Numbered from the stretch's first letter, positions 48,332 to 58,619 are shown. The stretch: DNA of 64,000 nucleotides from Flavisolibacter sp. (GCA_035645595.1 DASQMG010000322.1:2041-66040), one strand, 5' to 3'. Made by a program: numbers and translations. Notes: generated by a model from the letters alone, not told the origin.

Positions 48332-48881
48332 AGTTACTACTTAATTTTTAATGTGGGTAAAGGTCGGGAATTAAGGGCAAAATAACTAAACTTATACTGA
48401 TACATAACAAAGGTTTAGGGTTGCTGTAGTTACGTAAAATAAGCCGCTGAAATAACCCGCACCCGCGATTGTCTGACTGATATTTACTACAGTTTTACCT
48501 GCTATAAATGTCTCCTTATTTTGCTACCCGCCAGTAAAAATGGGCTTAAAATTTTTTCGGAAATCAACATTATGTACGTAGTTGACGGCACTTTTACAGA
48601 AGGCTTAACCCAGCAGAAAAAGCAGCTGCATACACTTACCACCGCCATGGGGTTTCGGTAAAAACTATTAGAAAAGATAACTTCCACTAAACAGGGAAAG
48701 ATGAAAGCAACTACCTGGGAGAAGTCTCTGGTAGCTACTGCAAGGAATATAAGAACATCATGAAGTATAGCAAACCCTGTTTTTTATAAAATAGCCGGTT
48801 TTAATGCTCTGCGGGCAAAGGTGGTAGTTGGTTCCAGTAGTGTAACAAAACAGGCTAACCTGCCTGCTGTTTTTGCAGAAA

Positions 48882-49733
48882 TTATTTCAGATGCTTTTCA
48901 AAAAAGGACAACGTGCGTCCCCAGGCGAGTTTTGCCGCGGCTTCGTTATACCTGGCCGCCGATGTATCATTGTGAAACGCATGTTGGGCTCCCTCGTACA
49001 GATACTGTTCGTATGTAACCTTGGCATTTTTTAAGGCTTCTTCATATGCCCCCATACCGGCATTTACTCTTTCATCTACCCCCGCATAATGCATCTGAAG
49101 AGCTGCTTTTATTTTAGGTGCGTCTTCCAGGGCAGGTTGCCGGCCGTAAAAAGCAACAGCCGCTTTTAACTCCGGAACATTTACGGCTAAGGTGTTAGCC
49201 ATAGCGCCACCCCAGCAAAAACCAACACAACCCACCTTACCATTGTAATCTTTACGGGTGTTTAAATAGGTAAATGCGTTTTTAAAATTCTGCAGGTTGT
49301 TTTCTGCTTTTAGCTCACTGAACCACTGGCGGCCTTCGTCTTCATTAGCTGGCGTTTTGCCCAATGCTGAAAGTGCATTGGGTGCAATAGCAAGGTAACC
49401 CGCTTCAGCAGCCCTTCTTGCCACATCTTCTATGTGTGGCGTAAGTCCGCGGTTTTCGTGAATAACGATGACTGCCGCATATTTTTTTTCTGCTTTTGGC
49501 CGTGCTATGTAGGCAGCCATTTCATTGGGCACACCGGGATATTTAACCGTCTCTGTAAATAAATCATCATTTGCCGTTTGCGCGGCCACGGCATAATTAC
49601 TTTCCAATAGTGGTAGAACGGTCATAGCCGCCGCGGTACCACCAGCAAGAATGGCCAGCCGTTTTAGAAACTCCTGCCGGCTCAAAGGGCGGTGGGTATA
49701 CTCATCGTACAGGTTAATAATCTGCTGATCCAT
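48882..49733 (-). CDS. Dienelactone hydrolase family (YghX-like)
   Basis: LYDEYTH..SRQEFL, IHENRGL, GFCWGG, HAFHND. Confidence 0.9.
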   Translation of the reverse strand: MDQQIINLYDEYTHRPLSRQEFLKRLAILAGGTAAAMTVLPLLESNYAVAAQTANDDLFTETVKYPGVPNEMAAYIARPKAEKKYAAVIVIHENRGLTPHIEDVARRAAEAGYLAIAPNALSALGKTPANEDEGRQWFSELKAENNLQNFKNAFTYLNTRKDYNGKVGCVGFCWGGAMANTLAVNVPELKAAVAFYGRQPALEDAPKIKAALQMHYAGVDERVNAGMGAYEEALKNAKVTYEQYLYEGAQHAFHNDTSAARYNEAAAKLAWGRTLSFFEKHLK

Positions 49734-49956
49734 GATTAGGAATTTATTTGAAGGTACAATAGACAAGGTACCCTTTGGTAACCTAAATCCTAAGGGATAG
49801 GTTCCTTTTTTCTTAGGGGCTAAAAATAGTTTTATCAGTAAGCTGTATCAGGCATTTTTTTCGTACATACTTATTGTACCTGGATAGCGGGGCGGGAAAG
49901 CCCCTTTATCGTCTGGGTAATTTTGTTAGCACCAGGAGAACATCTAAAATATTTAT

Positions 49957-50466
49957 ATGAAAGTCCTTATTGTATTTCTTCTTTTTCCATTTGCTTCTTT
50001 TACGCAAGTGCAAGCAGTTTCATATCATGTTAACTTACCATCGTCAATAGAAATCGGGCCACTGCCTGTTCTGGAAACATCTGCTACCAAGCTTTCACTC
50101 GGCTTTGTAGCCGGCGATTCTGGTGCGTTTATAGAGCTGAGCGGCTCTGGATGGGGTGCGACTACTATAAGCCTGGGCAATGAAGCCATTTTTTTATTTT
50201 CAAATGATGCGACTGTTATCGTAAAATCAATGGAAGTGCAGGGCTTTGATGCAGGCAGTGGCACCTACAAACACCGTTACGCGGTAAGCCCTGGCGACGT
50301 AGAGACATTAAGCCGGTATAACCTGATCGGTATCCGCAAGTACAGCTTCCGCGATTTTAACGACCTTGCCATACCCCGCCAAAAGGCAGAGCCTATCAAA
50401 AAACTTAGTGCGTCCTTTTTAAAGGAACTTTCAAAACTCAATACCGCTAAATCTGCACGCTTATAA
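49957..50466 (+). CDS. Secreted hypothetical protein
   Basis: 169-aa ORF with a signal peptide; no family recognised. Confidence 0.65.
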   Translation: MKVLIVFLLFPFASFTQVQAVSYHVNLPSSIEIGPLPVLETSATKLSLGFVAGDSGAFIELSGSGWGATTISLGNEAIFLFSNDATVIVKSMEVQGFDAGSGTYKHRYAVSPGDVETLSRYNLIGIRKYSFRDFNDLAIPRQKAEPIKKLSASFLKELSKLNTAKSARL

Positions 50467-50654
50467 GGAATAGGGGCTGCGGGCGGTGTAACCTATTCCT
50501 GTCAACAGTGTTGGCATCTATAGTTATTTCCTGTTGCAGGTTTTCCATTTTCATTCTAAGTTATAAAAATCCACTTCTGACATACAAATCGTGCTAAGCA
50601 GGATTCAACTGCCTGTCGTTATTCTTCTTTAACTTGTTAGCATAAATATTTTGT

Positions 50655-51944
50655 ATGAGAAAATGGCTTCCTTTCCTTTTTAGTATTTTAACCCTGCCAT
50701 CAATAGCGCAAAAAACCTATATCCATTGCGGCACATTGATAGATGGCGTTGCCGCCGCGCCTAAATTGAACATGACAATCGTCGTGGAAGGAGCTAAAAT
50801 CGTTTCAGTAGAGACAGGATTTAAACAAGGCACATCCACTGATAAAATTATTGACCTTAAAACTAAAACGGTAACTCCCGGCTGGATTGACATGCATGTA
50901 CATCTTGAAGGCGAAACCAGTAAAAACCAATACCTTGAAGAGTTTACCTTGAACCCGGCTGACTATGCCTTTAAAAGTGTAGGCTTTGCCGAAACCACAT
51001 TAATGACAGGCTTTACTTCGGTACGGGACCTGGGTGGCACCGGCGTAAATATTTCCCTGCGCAATGCCATCAATAAAAGATTAATAAAAGGGCCGAGGGT
51101 GTTTACAGCGGGGAAGTCTATTGCCACAACCGGCGGACACGCCGACCCTACAAGTGGTTACCGTAGCGATCTAATGGGCAACCCCGGTGCCGACCAGGGC
51201 GTAATTAATGGTGTGGAAGATGCACGAAAAGCGGTACGCCAGCGGTACAAAGAAGGTTCTGACCTGATTAAGATTACTGCTTCCGGCGGGGTATTAAGCA
51301 TGGCAAAAGACGGCAGCAACCCGCAGTTTGTAGCCGAAGAACTGGAGGCCATCGTGGCCATTGCAAAAGATTATGGCTTTAAAGTAGCCGCACATTCGCA
51401 TGGGGCCGAAGCCATGAAGCGGGCCATCCGCGCCGGGGTATCTTCTATAGAGCATGGCACCTATATGGATGATGAAGCCATTGAATTATTTAAGAAACAC
51501 GGTACGTATTATGTGCCTACCATCACGGCTGGAAAATCAGTGGCCGATTCTGCCAGGATGCCCGGTTATTATCCGGATGTGGTAACTCCCAAAGCATTGG
51601 CCGTAGGTCCAAAGATTCAGGCAACATTTGCGAAAGCATACAAAGCCGGCGTCAAGATTGCCTTTGGCACCGACGCTGCCGTGTTTCAGCACGGAAAAAA
51701 CTGGATGGAGTTTGGCTATATGATTGAAGCCGGGATGCCGGCTATGGAAGCCATTAAAGCAGCCACCGTGAATGCTGCTGATTTATTAGGTATGAGAGAC
51801 CGGTTAGGAAGTATTGAAGCCGGCAAGTTAGCAGATATTGTAGCCGTTGATGGCGACCCATTGAAAGATGCAACCGTTTTTGGAAAAGTGGTATTTGTAA
51901 TGAAGGATGGAGTGATTTATAAAGGATCGCAAAAACCGCTTTAG
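50655..51944 (+). CDS. Metal-dependent amidohydrolase (Xaa-Pro dipeptidase-like), secreted
   Basis: PGWIDMHVH, TGGHAD, KITASGG, AHSHG, IEHG, FGTDA, GKLADIVAV. Confidence 0.9.
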   Translation: MRKWLPFLFSILTLPSIAQKTYIHCGTLIDGVAAAPKLNMTIVVEGAKIVSVETGFKQGTSTDKIIDLKTKTVTPGWIDMHVHLEGETSKNQYLEEFTLNPADYAFKSVGFAETTLMTGFTSVRDLGGTGVNISLRNAINKRLIKGPRVFTAGKSIATTGGHADPTSGYRSDLMGNPGADQGVINGVEDARKAVRQRYKEGSDLIKITASGGVLSMAKDGSNPQFVAEELEAIVAIAKDYGFKVAAHSHGAEAMKRAIRAGVSSIEHGTYMDDEAIELFKKHGTYYVPTITAGKSVADSARMPGYYPDVVTPKALAVGPKIQATFAKAYKAGVKIAFGTDAAVFQHGKNWMEFGYMIEAGMPAMEAIKAATVNAADLLGMRDRLGSIEAGKLADIVAVDGDPLKDATVFGKVVFVMKDGVIYKGSQKPL

Positions 51945-52017
51945 TAAAAGCTTTTTTAATAATAGCTTTAAAGTAACAAAGGATATTTCTTTGTACTTAG
52001 CTGCATTGCTACTATCA

Positions 52018-52043
52018 ACTTTCGTTGCGTCGCACTCTTGTAC
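52018..52043 (+). repeat. Dispersed GTTGCGTCGCAC repeat, copy 3
   Basis: ACTTTCGTTGCGTCGCACTCTTGTAC. Confidence 0.8.
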
Positions 52044-52337
52044 GCTTTGTAATTTTACTGGGCTAAAATCTTAAAAAGCCCGCACTAAAAGTGTTTTATC
52101 ATTTTATTAATGTTCACCTGCAATTATACAAGTATAGCTGCTAAATAAAAATCTTATTACTGAGGAATCTGGCAATAGAACGATTTGTCAACTCACGGCT
52201 TATTGACACATCAATAGCTGCACTATCTACACAAACATTAAACAGCCATAAAAACACTGATGGTATAGTCTTTTATGTTTTTACCTCATCATCTTAATAG
52301 TATGAAAATAAACGCTGCATCACTAAAAACATAAACC

Positions 52338-52874
52338 ATGGATAGCATTAACCAACAGCAACAGGAAGAAAATCATAAAGACTTACAAGGCAACGAAGCC
52401 GGTAAAAAAATAAAAGAGCTGGCAGGAAAAACCAACAGCTGCTTTTTTTGTACTGCCATAACCCCCGGACAGCCAATAAACACAAGGCCTATGGCCGTGC
52501 AAAAAATGGATGAAGAAGGTAACCTATGGTTCTTAAGCGCTAATGACAGTCATAAGAATGTAGAAATAGCAAAAGACAACAGGGTGCAGCTTCTTTTTCA
52601 GGGGTCTGCGCACTCCAATTTTTTAAGCCTGTACGGCGTGGCTACCATCTCTACCGACAAAGAATTGATTAAAGAACTCTGGGAGCCTATTTTAAAAACA
52701 TGGTTTACCGGTGGTATTGACGACCCTCGGATCACGGCCATTAAAGTAGAAACCACAGAGGGGTATTATTGGGACAATAAACATGGCGATGCTGTAGCAT
52801 TTGTAAAGATGGCAGCCGGTGCTATAATGGGCAAAACGATGGATGATTCTATTGAAGGCAAACTCACTGTATAA
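52338..52874 (+). CDS. General stress protein 26 / pyridoxamine 5'-phosphate oxidase-like
   Basis: TRPM..G.LWFLS..S.K..EI..V.L.F..ELW..WF.GG.DDP..YWD. Confidence 0.85.
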   Translation: MDSINQQQQEENHKDLQGNEAGKKIKELAGKTNSCFFCTAITPGQPINTRPMAVQKMDEEGNLWFLSANDSHKNVEIAKDNRVQLLFQGSAHSNFLSLYGVATISTDKELIKELWEPILKTWFTGGIDDPRITAIKVETTEGYYWDNKHGDAVAFVKMAAGAIMGKTMDDSIEGKLTV

Positions 52875-52894
52875 CCTTGTTTGTTTCTGGCTAA

Positions 52895-52934
52895 AAGGGA
52901 AACGGTATCCTGTTTTGGGATGCCGTTTCTCTTT
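52895..52934. terminator. Intrinsic terminator
   Basis: AAGGGAAACGGTATCC-tgttttg-GGATGCCGTTTCTCTTT. Confidence 0.7.
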
Positions 52935-53093
52935 CTCCCAGTGGCGGATGCTTATGTAACGAGCCTTTAATGGTAACTTCTTAAAAGAAGCAAAAGTGTC
53001 CCTGGCATTTGCTATAAAAGGTGGCTCCGTTTAAAATAAGAGCAAGGTTTCCGCTCTAGTTTACAGAAGTAACAATATAGCTTCCTTATATAT

Positions 53094-55010
53094 TTATGAT
53101 AAGTACTTCGCCACTATCGGCAACCTTCTTCCAACGCCAAAGGCTTTTGTGCTTACCCTTATGATGGGACAGAACTGTGCCCGCTTGTATTCATTCATAT
53201 TCACCATCTTTAAAATTCTATTTACCAAAGCTGCATCATAACCTTGCGCAATAATTTCTTTTGGCCCCTGGCGCAACTCAATATAATTATACAACACCCG
53301 GTCTAAAACTGGATAATCAGGAAGACTGTCAGAATCTTTTTGATTAGGTCGTAATTCTGCCGAAGGCGCTTTGCTTAAAATATGTTCCGGGATAATTTCT
53401 CCGTTGCGGTTGATGTAACGGGCCAGTGCGTAAACCTGCATTTTGTATAGATCTCCCAACACACCTAAGCCTCCCGCCATATCGCCATACAGCGTTCCAT
53501 AGCCTGTAGCCAGCTCACTTTTGTTAGATGTATTAAGTAAGATGTAGCCAAACTTATTGGCCAGGGCCATTAATAAATTTCCCCTTACACGGCTTTGAAT
53601 ATTTTCTTCTGCCACGTTAAAGGGCAGGTCGCCAAAAATAGGTTTTAGTGAAGTGGAAAATTGATCAAAGAGTTCTTTGATGGTAACAATATCATAGCGG
53701 TTATCCAGGTTCTTACTTAACTGTTCCGCATCGCTTACCGAATGCCCCGAAGAATACTGCGAAGGCATCAGCAGAACATGCACATTCTCTTTGCCTAAAG
53801 CCTCAACAGCAAGGGCCTGCACTACGGCACTGTCAATACCACCGCTGGCACCAAGCGTTGCTTTTGTAAAGCCCATCTTTTGAAAATAATCGCGGATGCC
53901 CAATACCAGTGCGCAATAAATTTCGTGCATGTTTTTATCATCGGTTAAGTAGGCGATGATGTCGGAACCTTTGCCTACGTCGGCAGCGGAGTAATAATAC
54001 ACTTCACCCCGGCCCGGGCCAGGTTGCGGAGGGGGGGCTGGCGCAAGCGGCCCTTTTTGCTGTGCATCGCTGTTATCTCTATTTGTATCAAGAGGCGATG
54101 GTTCAATAACTGTGGTAGTGTTTTCATTACTTACTTCATGCGGCGCTACGGGCTCTTTTAATTGCGTTGGACCCGTAAGGTGTAATGCCTCTTCTTCATT
54201 AGTGGTGGGCTGTACGTCGGCAGTTCCTCTCTCTCCCTTTGCTGGAGAGGGGCCGGAGGCGAGCTCATACAAATAATAATCTTCTTCGAAGTAAGCCATA
54301 TCTTTTACACAGTTGCCTTCTGCATCGTAAACCAAACTGCCGCCATCAAAAACAATCTCGGTTTGGGAGCCAACCGCATTACAATACAACATGGGAATCT
54401 TGTACTTGTCAACATGCGCTTTCATAATACTGTTTCTAACAGTATCCTGTGCATAATTGTAAGGCGAAGCAGAAAGATTCAGCATTACATCCGGGCTTTC
54501 CTTTATCAACATTTCCATTGGTGTTTGGCGGTACAAAGGATTATCGCCTAAATTCCAGATGTCTTCGCAAATAGTGACGGCTAATTTTTTTCCTTTAAAC
54601 GGAATGCACTTCCATTCAAAGGCCGGTTCAAAATAACGGTTCTCATCAAACACATCATAGGTTGGCAAAAGGGTTTTGTGTATCTCCGCTTTTATCTCGC
54701 GTTCATGCAAAAGAAAAACAGCATTAAATAAATCTTTGCCTTCCCGCAAAGGGTTCCTGGCAGGGCTTCCTATTAATACACCAATGGTATCAGCATGTTC
54801 TTTTATGGTATCTATCGCCTCGTAACATTGGTTGATGAAGTCGTGGAATTCAACAAAATCACGGGGAGGATAGCCACATACACAAAGCTCCGAAAACAGC
54901 ACCAGGTCCGCACCGGCGGCTTTTGCTTTATCAATGCCGTCAATTATTTTTTTGGTGTTAGCGCTAAAGTTGCCAATATGGTAGTTTTGCTGTGCAAGAA
55001 AAATCTTCAT
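53094..55010 (-). CDS. nadE: Glutamine-dependent NAD+ synthetase with an inserted linker
   Basis: Nitrilase domain (SEL..GYPP.D, K.LLPTYDVFDE, ICEDIW) plus SGGIDS, ENIQSR, NKSE, PSAELRP.QKD.DSLP. Confidence 0.95.
   Translation of the reverse strand: MKIFLAQQNYHIGNFSANTKKIIDGIDKAKAAGADLVLFSELCVCGYPPRDFVEFHDFINQCYEAIDTIKEHADTIGVLIGSPARNPLREGKDLFNAVFLLHEREIKAEIHKTLLPTYDVFDENRYFEPAFEWKCIPFKGKKLAVTICEDIWNLGDNPLYRQTPMEMLIKESPDVMLNLSASPYNYAQDTVRNSIMKAHVDKYKIPMLYCNAVGSQTEIVFDGGSLVYDAEGNCVKDMAYFEEDYYLYELASGPSPAKGERGTADVQPTTNEEEALHLTGPTQLKEPVAPHEVSNENTTTVIEPSPLDTNRDNSDAQQKGPLAPAPPPQPGPGRGEVYYYSAADVGKGSDIIAYLTDDKNMHEIYCALVLGIRDYFQKMGFTKATLGASGGIDSAVVQALAVEALGKENVHVLLMPSQYSSGHSVSDAEQLSKNLDNRYDIVTIKELFDQFSTSLKPIFGDLPFNVAEENIQSRVRGNLLMALANKFGYILLNTSNKSELATGYGTLYGDMAGGLGVLGDLYKMQVYALARYINRNGEIIPEHILSKAPSAELRPNQKDSDSLPDYPVLDRVLYNYIELRQGPKEIIAQGYDAALVNRILKMVNMNEYKRAQFCPIIRVSTKAFGVGRRLPIVAKYLS
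54224..54264. repeat. REP-like palindrome inside nadE
   Basis: 29/41 ungapped identity to the intergenic copy at 1371-1411. Confidence 0.7.
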
Positions 55011-55076
55011 CTTCGTTAATAGTTGTGTAGTTTCCAAAGGTCAGTAATAATTCAAAACCAAAGCCGTTTATCCCCC

Positions 55077-56111
55077 ATGCGTTTCATAAGTTTAGCCATC
55101 GTGTTGCTTCTTTTCTCCTGCAATAATAAAAACGAGGCGCCCGATGTTTCCCGCATTAAAACTGATGTTACCATCCACCGCTTTGATAAAGACTTTTTTT
55201 CGATAGATACTTTACAGTTGCAGGCTTCGCTAACAAAGCTCGAAGGTGCCTACCCTGCTTTTCTTCCGTTGTACTTTAAATTTTTTGCACCGGTGAGGGA
55301 AATGGCGGCGCAGCAGGCCATTCCGTTTGACAGTGCCCTGGTTCAATACATTCGTTTCATCAAGCCACTTTATCAATCGGTAACACAAAAATTTGCGGAT
55401 GTTAGTTCTATTGAAAAAGGGCTGGAAGAAAATCTGCGTTATGTAAAACATTATTTTCCGCAATTTGCGTTGCCGGTTGTACTTACTTCCGTGGAAAGCC
55501 TGAACCCTGAGAACCCTACCGAGATTTATGGCACTACCTATTACCACGATACTCTCATCATCAGCCTGCAAATGTTTTTGGGAAAAGACTATCCGGCTTA
55601 CGATCCGAGCCAATACCCCGATTACCTGCGCCGCCGTTTTAGTGCGGAATACATTGTTCCTAATTCCATCAGAGCCATTGCCGGCGAGTTGTATTTAGAC
55701 AGCAGCCAAAGCGCCTCGCTAATTGAGCAGATGATTGAAAAAGGAAAGCAGTGGTGGCTGATGAAAAAGTTTTTACCCGATACACCTGACAGTTTAATTA
55801 CGGGTTATTCGGCTGCCCAAACAGAATGGGTGCAAAAGGAGGAAGGCAACATTTGGGGATACATCAATCAAAACGAAAAACTATTTTCTATAGAGCTGCC
55901 TGCTATTCAAACTTATATTGGCGAAGCCCCATTCACGCAGGCCTTACCACATGATAATTATGGCGGTGGCGCACCGGGCAATATTGGTCCGTGGGTGGGG
56001 TGGCGCATTATTTCAAAGTTTGAAGAGAAGAATGGAAAGCTTACTGTTAACCAGGTTTTACGTACAACGGCAAAGAAGATATTTGAGGAAGCGAAATATA
56101 AGCCGAAGTAG
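55077..56111 (+). CDS. gldB: Gliding motility lipoprotein GldB
   Basis: Lipobox LFSC; RFDKDFF, ISLQMFLG..Y..YP.Y..RF, MIEKGK, APFT..PG.IG.WVGWRI; divergent from nadE. Confidence 0.8.
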   Translation: MRFISLAIVLLLFSCNNKNEAPDVSRIKTDVTIHRFDKDFFSIDTLQLQASLTKLEGAYPAFLPLYFKFFAPVREMAAQQAIPFDSALVQYIRFIKPLYQSVTQKFADVSSIEKGLEENLRYVKHYFPQFALPVVLTSVESLNPENPTEIYGTTYYHDTLIISLQMFLGKDYPAYDPSQYPDYLRRRFSAEYIVPNSIRAIAGELYLDSSQSASLIEQMIEKGKQWWLMKKFLPDTPDSLITGYSAAQTEWVQKEEGNIWGYINQNEKLFSIELPAIQTYIGEAPFTQALPHDNYGGGAPGNIGPWVGWRIISKFEEKNGKLTVNQVLRTTAKKIFEEAKYKPK

Positions 56112-56213
56112 TTGGTGGTTTACTATTGTTTAGATTTGATACCTCTCTTACTGTTGATCGCTATCAAAATCAAATGCTATATTTTTTGTTACCAGCGCAG
56201 GAGTATCTATTGG

Positions 56214-56239
56214 GCTTTTGTTGCGTCGCACACTTGTAC
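56214..56239 (+). repeat. Dispersed GTTGCGTCGCAC repeat, copy 4
   Basis: GCTTTTGTTGCGTCGCACACTTGTAC. Confidence 0.8.
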
Positions 56240-56397
56240 ATTCTTATCGGTAAGCAGCAAAAGAAATCCTTGCGCTACTTGGTATTGATTATTAATTGAG
56301 TTTGGAGCAAGAACATGCGTTAATTAACTGTTAGCGGTCATTGCAGAGCGACACCCAACCGACTAATAAATAAAAAAGATCAATGATAATTTGTACA

Positions 56398-57537
56398 ATG
56401 AAAAAATATTTCCGGCAAAGGTTAGCTTTTACTTTTCTTTCAATACTTATTTTTGGCACTTCCTGCAACGGACAAGTTGCAAAAGATCTACCAAAAGAAA
56501 AGGCAAGGGAAACACAAATAGTATCTGACGGACAGCCAAAACTTATAAAAACCCAAGGCTCACAAAAAAGCGACAATGTTAATAGTAGTTTGCAAGACAA
56601 AGCAGGTAACCTGTGGTTTGGCACTACGAAGGAAGGCCTTTATAAGTACGACGGCAAGGTGTTTACCCAATTTACAGTAACCAATGGGCTAATCAGTAAT
56701 AAGGTTTCCAGTATTTTGGAAGATAAAGATGGTAAGATTTGGATAGGGACTGACGTTGGACTTTGTCTTTACGATGGTAAAACATTTTCCAAAGTCCCAA
56801 TCCCTGTAAGAAAAGATCTGCCTCCCAACAAGTACCACAACACGCACAATGTATTCAGTATCATGCAGGACAAAGGCGGGAAGCTATGGTTCGCCACCAT
56901 TGATGGTGTTTATATCTACGATGGCAAGACCTTTATTCCGTTTATAATTAAAGAAGACGGACCTGGTTTTATGAGCAGTAACCATAATGTGGAATATATT
57001 TTAGAAGATAAAGGGGGTAACATATGGTTCGGTGGGCGGGCTACTGAAGGTGTGTATCGTTACGATGGTAGATCCATAACTAACCTTAAAGTAAACGAAC
57101 AAAAAGAGTTCAATTGGGCCTGGCCTGCTCTGCAAGACAAGCAAGGAAATATTTGGTTCAGCAATTGGTCCGGAGCCTACCGTTATGATGGTAAATCATT
57201 TACCAGGTTTGCAAAAAAAGATGGCTTATCAAGTGATATGGTTATCCGGATTATAGAAGACAAAAAGCGAAACCTTTGGTTTGGCTGCGGTAGTGCCAGA
57301 GGTTTTAACAACGGTGGCATTTGTCGTTTCGACGGCAAAACCTTTACATGTTTGACCACCGGGGATGGCCGGGTTAACAACGATGCTTGGACAATTTTGG
57401 AAGATAGAAAGGGTCATTTGTGGGTCGGCACAAGGAACACAGGTTTGTGGAGTTACGATGGAAAATCATTTACCCATTTTACAGAAAAACATGAAGAAGT
57501 CAATACTTCTCCTTTAATGCCTTTTGGAAGACAGTAG
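56398..57537 (+). CDS. Two-component-regulator-type beta-propeller lipoprotein (stand-alone)
   Basis: Lipobox GTSC; seven repeats of [LM][QE]D[KR]xx[NKH][LI]W..[YF]DG[KR]. Confidence 0.85.
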   Translation: MKKYFRQRLAFTFLSILIFGTSCNGQVAKDLPKEKARETQIVSDGQPKLIKTQGSQKSDNVNSSLQDKAGNLWFGTTKEGLYKYDGKVFTQFTVTNGLISNKVSSILEDKDGKIWIGTDVGLCLYDGKTFSKVPIPVRKDLPPNKYHNTHNVFSIMQDKGGKLWFATIDGVYIYDGKTFIPFIIKEDGPGFMSSNHNVEYILEDKGGNIWFGGRATEGVYRYDGRSITNLKVNEQKEFNWAWPALQDKQGNIWFSNWSGAYRYDGKSFTRFAKKDGLSSDMVIRIIEDKKRNLWFGCGSARGFNNGGICRFDGKTFTCLTTGDGRVNNDAWTILEDRKGHLWVGTRNTGLWSYDGKSFTHFTEKHEEVNTSPLMPFGRQ

Positions 57538-57608
57538 AAAAGTGAGGATTGAGCTTTACAATGGAGCTGCTTATATTAATTTTCAACAGCAGACATTGGT
57601 GAGCACAA

Positions 57609-57759
57609 GCAACGAAACGCTAACATGCGGTTTATGCAGTGGAGGCGAACGCGCAGGTAACAAGCTATTTATTTACTAATCTGCCTTATATCTTTAGCAC
57701 GAACTAAGGGAAGGGTAATGGCACCAATGCATAAATACCCTTCCGTTGTGCGAAACCTT
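57609..57759 (+). repeat. attC-like site 1
   Basis: CGCTAAC..GGTTTATGCAGTGG ... CCAATGCATAAATAC..CCGTTGTGCG forms an imperfect long palindrome. Confidence 0.65.
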
Positions 57760-57782
57760 ACTCGTAGTTCAAAGCATCTAAC

Positions 57783-58616
57783 ATGAAGTACAAAATATTT
57801 TTCGCTGCACTTATTATAACTGTATGTTCAAAGGCTTCTTTTGCTCAGGTAAATAAAAATAGAAATTCAAAAAGCGCTATCATTTGCCTGACCTACGATG
57901 ATGGTTTGGAGACACAACTATCAACCGTTATTCCACAGTTGGACTCTTTAGGTCTGAAAGCTACCTTCTTTTTGAACTCCATTCAGGGTTCCTCTCAATC
58001 CGTTCTAATCGGCCAAACACCTGAAGCGGTTCTGGGGTGGACGAGTGCTGCCCGGAACGGACACGAGTTGGCAAACCATACCCTATTTCACCCTTGTCCT
58101 GAAAAATTAGGGTGGGAAAAAAAGGTTGCAATCGACAGTTATACCATTGATAAAATCATAGAAGAAATTAGCACCCAAAACGCTATCCTATCACTCTTGG
58201 ACCCGAAAAGAAAAACACGGTCTTTTGCCTTTCCCTGCAATAATGTTTTTGTTGGCAGTACGGATTATTCCAAGGTTATCAAAGACAGAGGGTTGGTACG
58301 ATTTGGCCGGGGAGGCGGGGATAGCAATAGCGTCATTACCAATTTTAGAAATTTAAACACCATGCAAGTTCCTTCCTGGCATGTATGGACCGGAACAACG
58401 CTTCAGGAACTTATCGCCTTTGCCGAAAAGGTAAAAAGAGCAGGGGGCATGGGTGTATATCAGATACACGGAGTCGGTGGACAAGTTTTTCAGATAAGCA
58501 CAGAAACGCACAAGGCATTTCTGGCGTATTTAAAAGACCATCAGGAGGACTATTGGGTAACAACTTTTTCCGAAGCAATGGAATTTATTACTTCTAAACC
58601 ACTCAACAAAAAGTAG
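57783..58616 (+). CDS. Polysaccharide deacetylase (CE4/NodB), secreted
   Basis: LTYDDG, ATFF, GHELANHTLFHP, SFAFPC, IHGV. Confidence 0.88.
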   Translation: MKYKIFFAALIITVCSKASFAQVNKNRNSKSAIICLTYDDGLETQLSTVIPQLDSLGLKATFFLNSIQGSSQSVLIGQTPEAVLGWTSAARNGHELANHTLFHPCPEKLGWEKKVAIDSYTIDKIIEEISTQNAILSLLDPKRKTRSFAFPCNNVFVGSTDYSKVIKDRGLVRFGRGGGDSNSVITNFRNLNTMQVPSWHVWTGTTLQELIAFAEKVKRAGGMGVYQIHGVGGQVFQISTETHKAFLAYLKDHQEDYWVTTFSEAMEFITSKPLNKK

Positions 58617-58619
58617 TTA

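Noticed and set aside
48502-48762. 61-aa minus ORF or an interrupted + strand frame
   Set aside because: No recognisable family; could be a remnant but this is unsupported.
54002-54264. Intein in NadE
   Set aside because: No intein-like N-terminal block or His-Asn C-terminus was seen; the sequence is low-complexity and repeat-derived.
24619-56239. CRISPR interpretation of the repeats
   Set aside because: Copies are kilobases apart, with no regular spacers and no cas genes.
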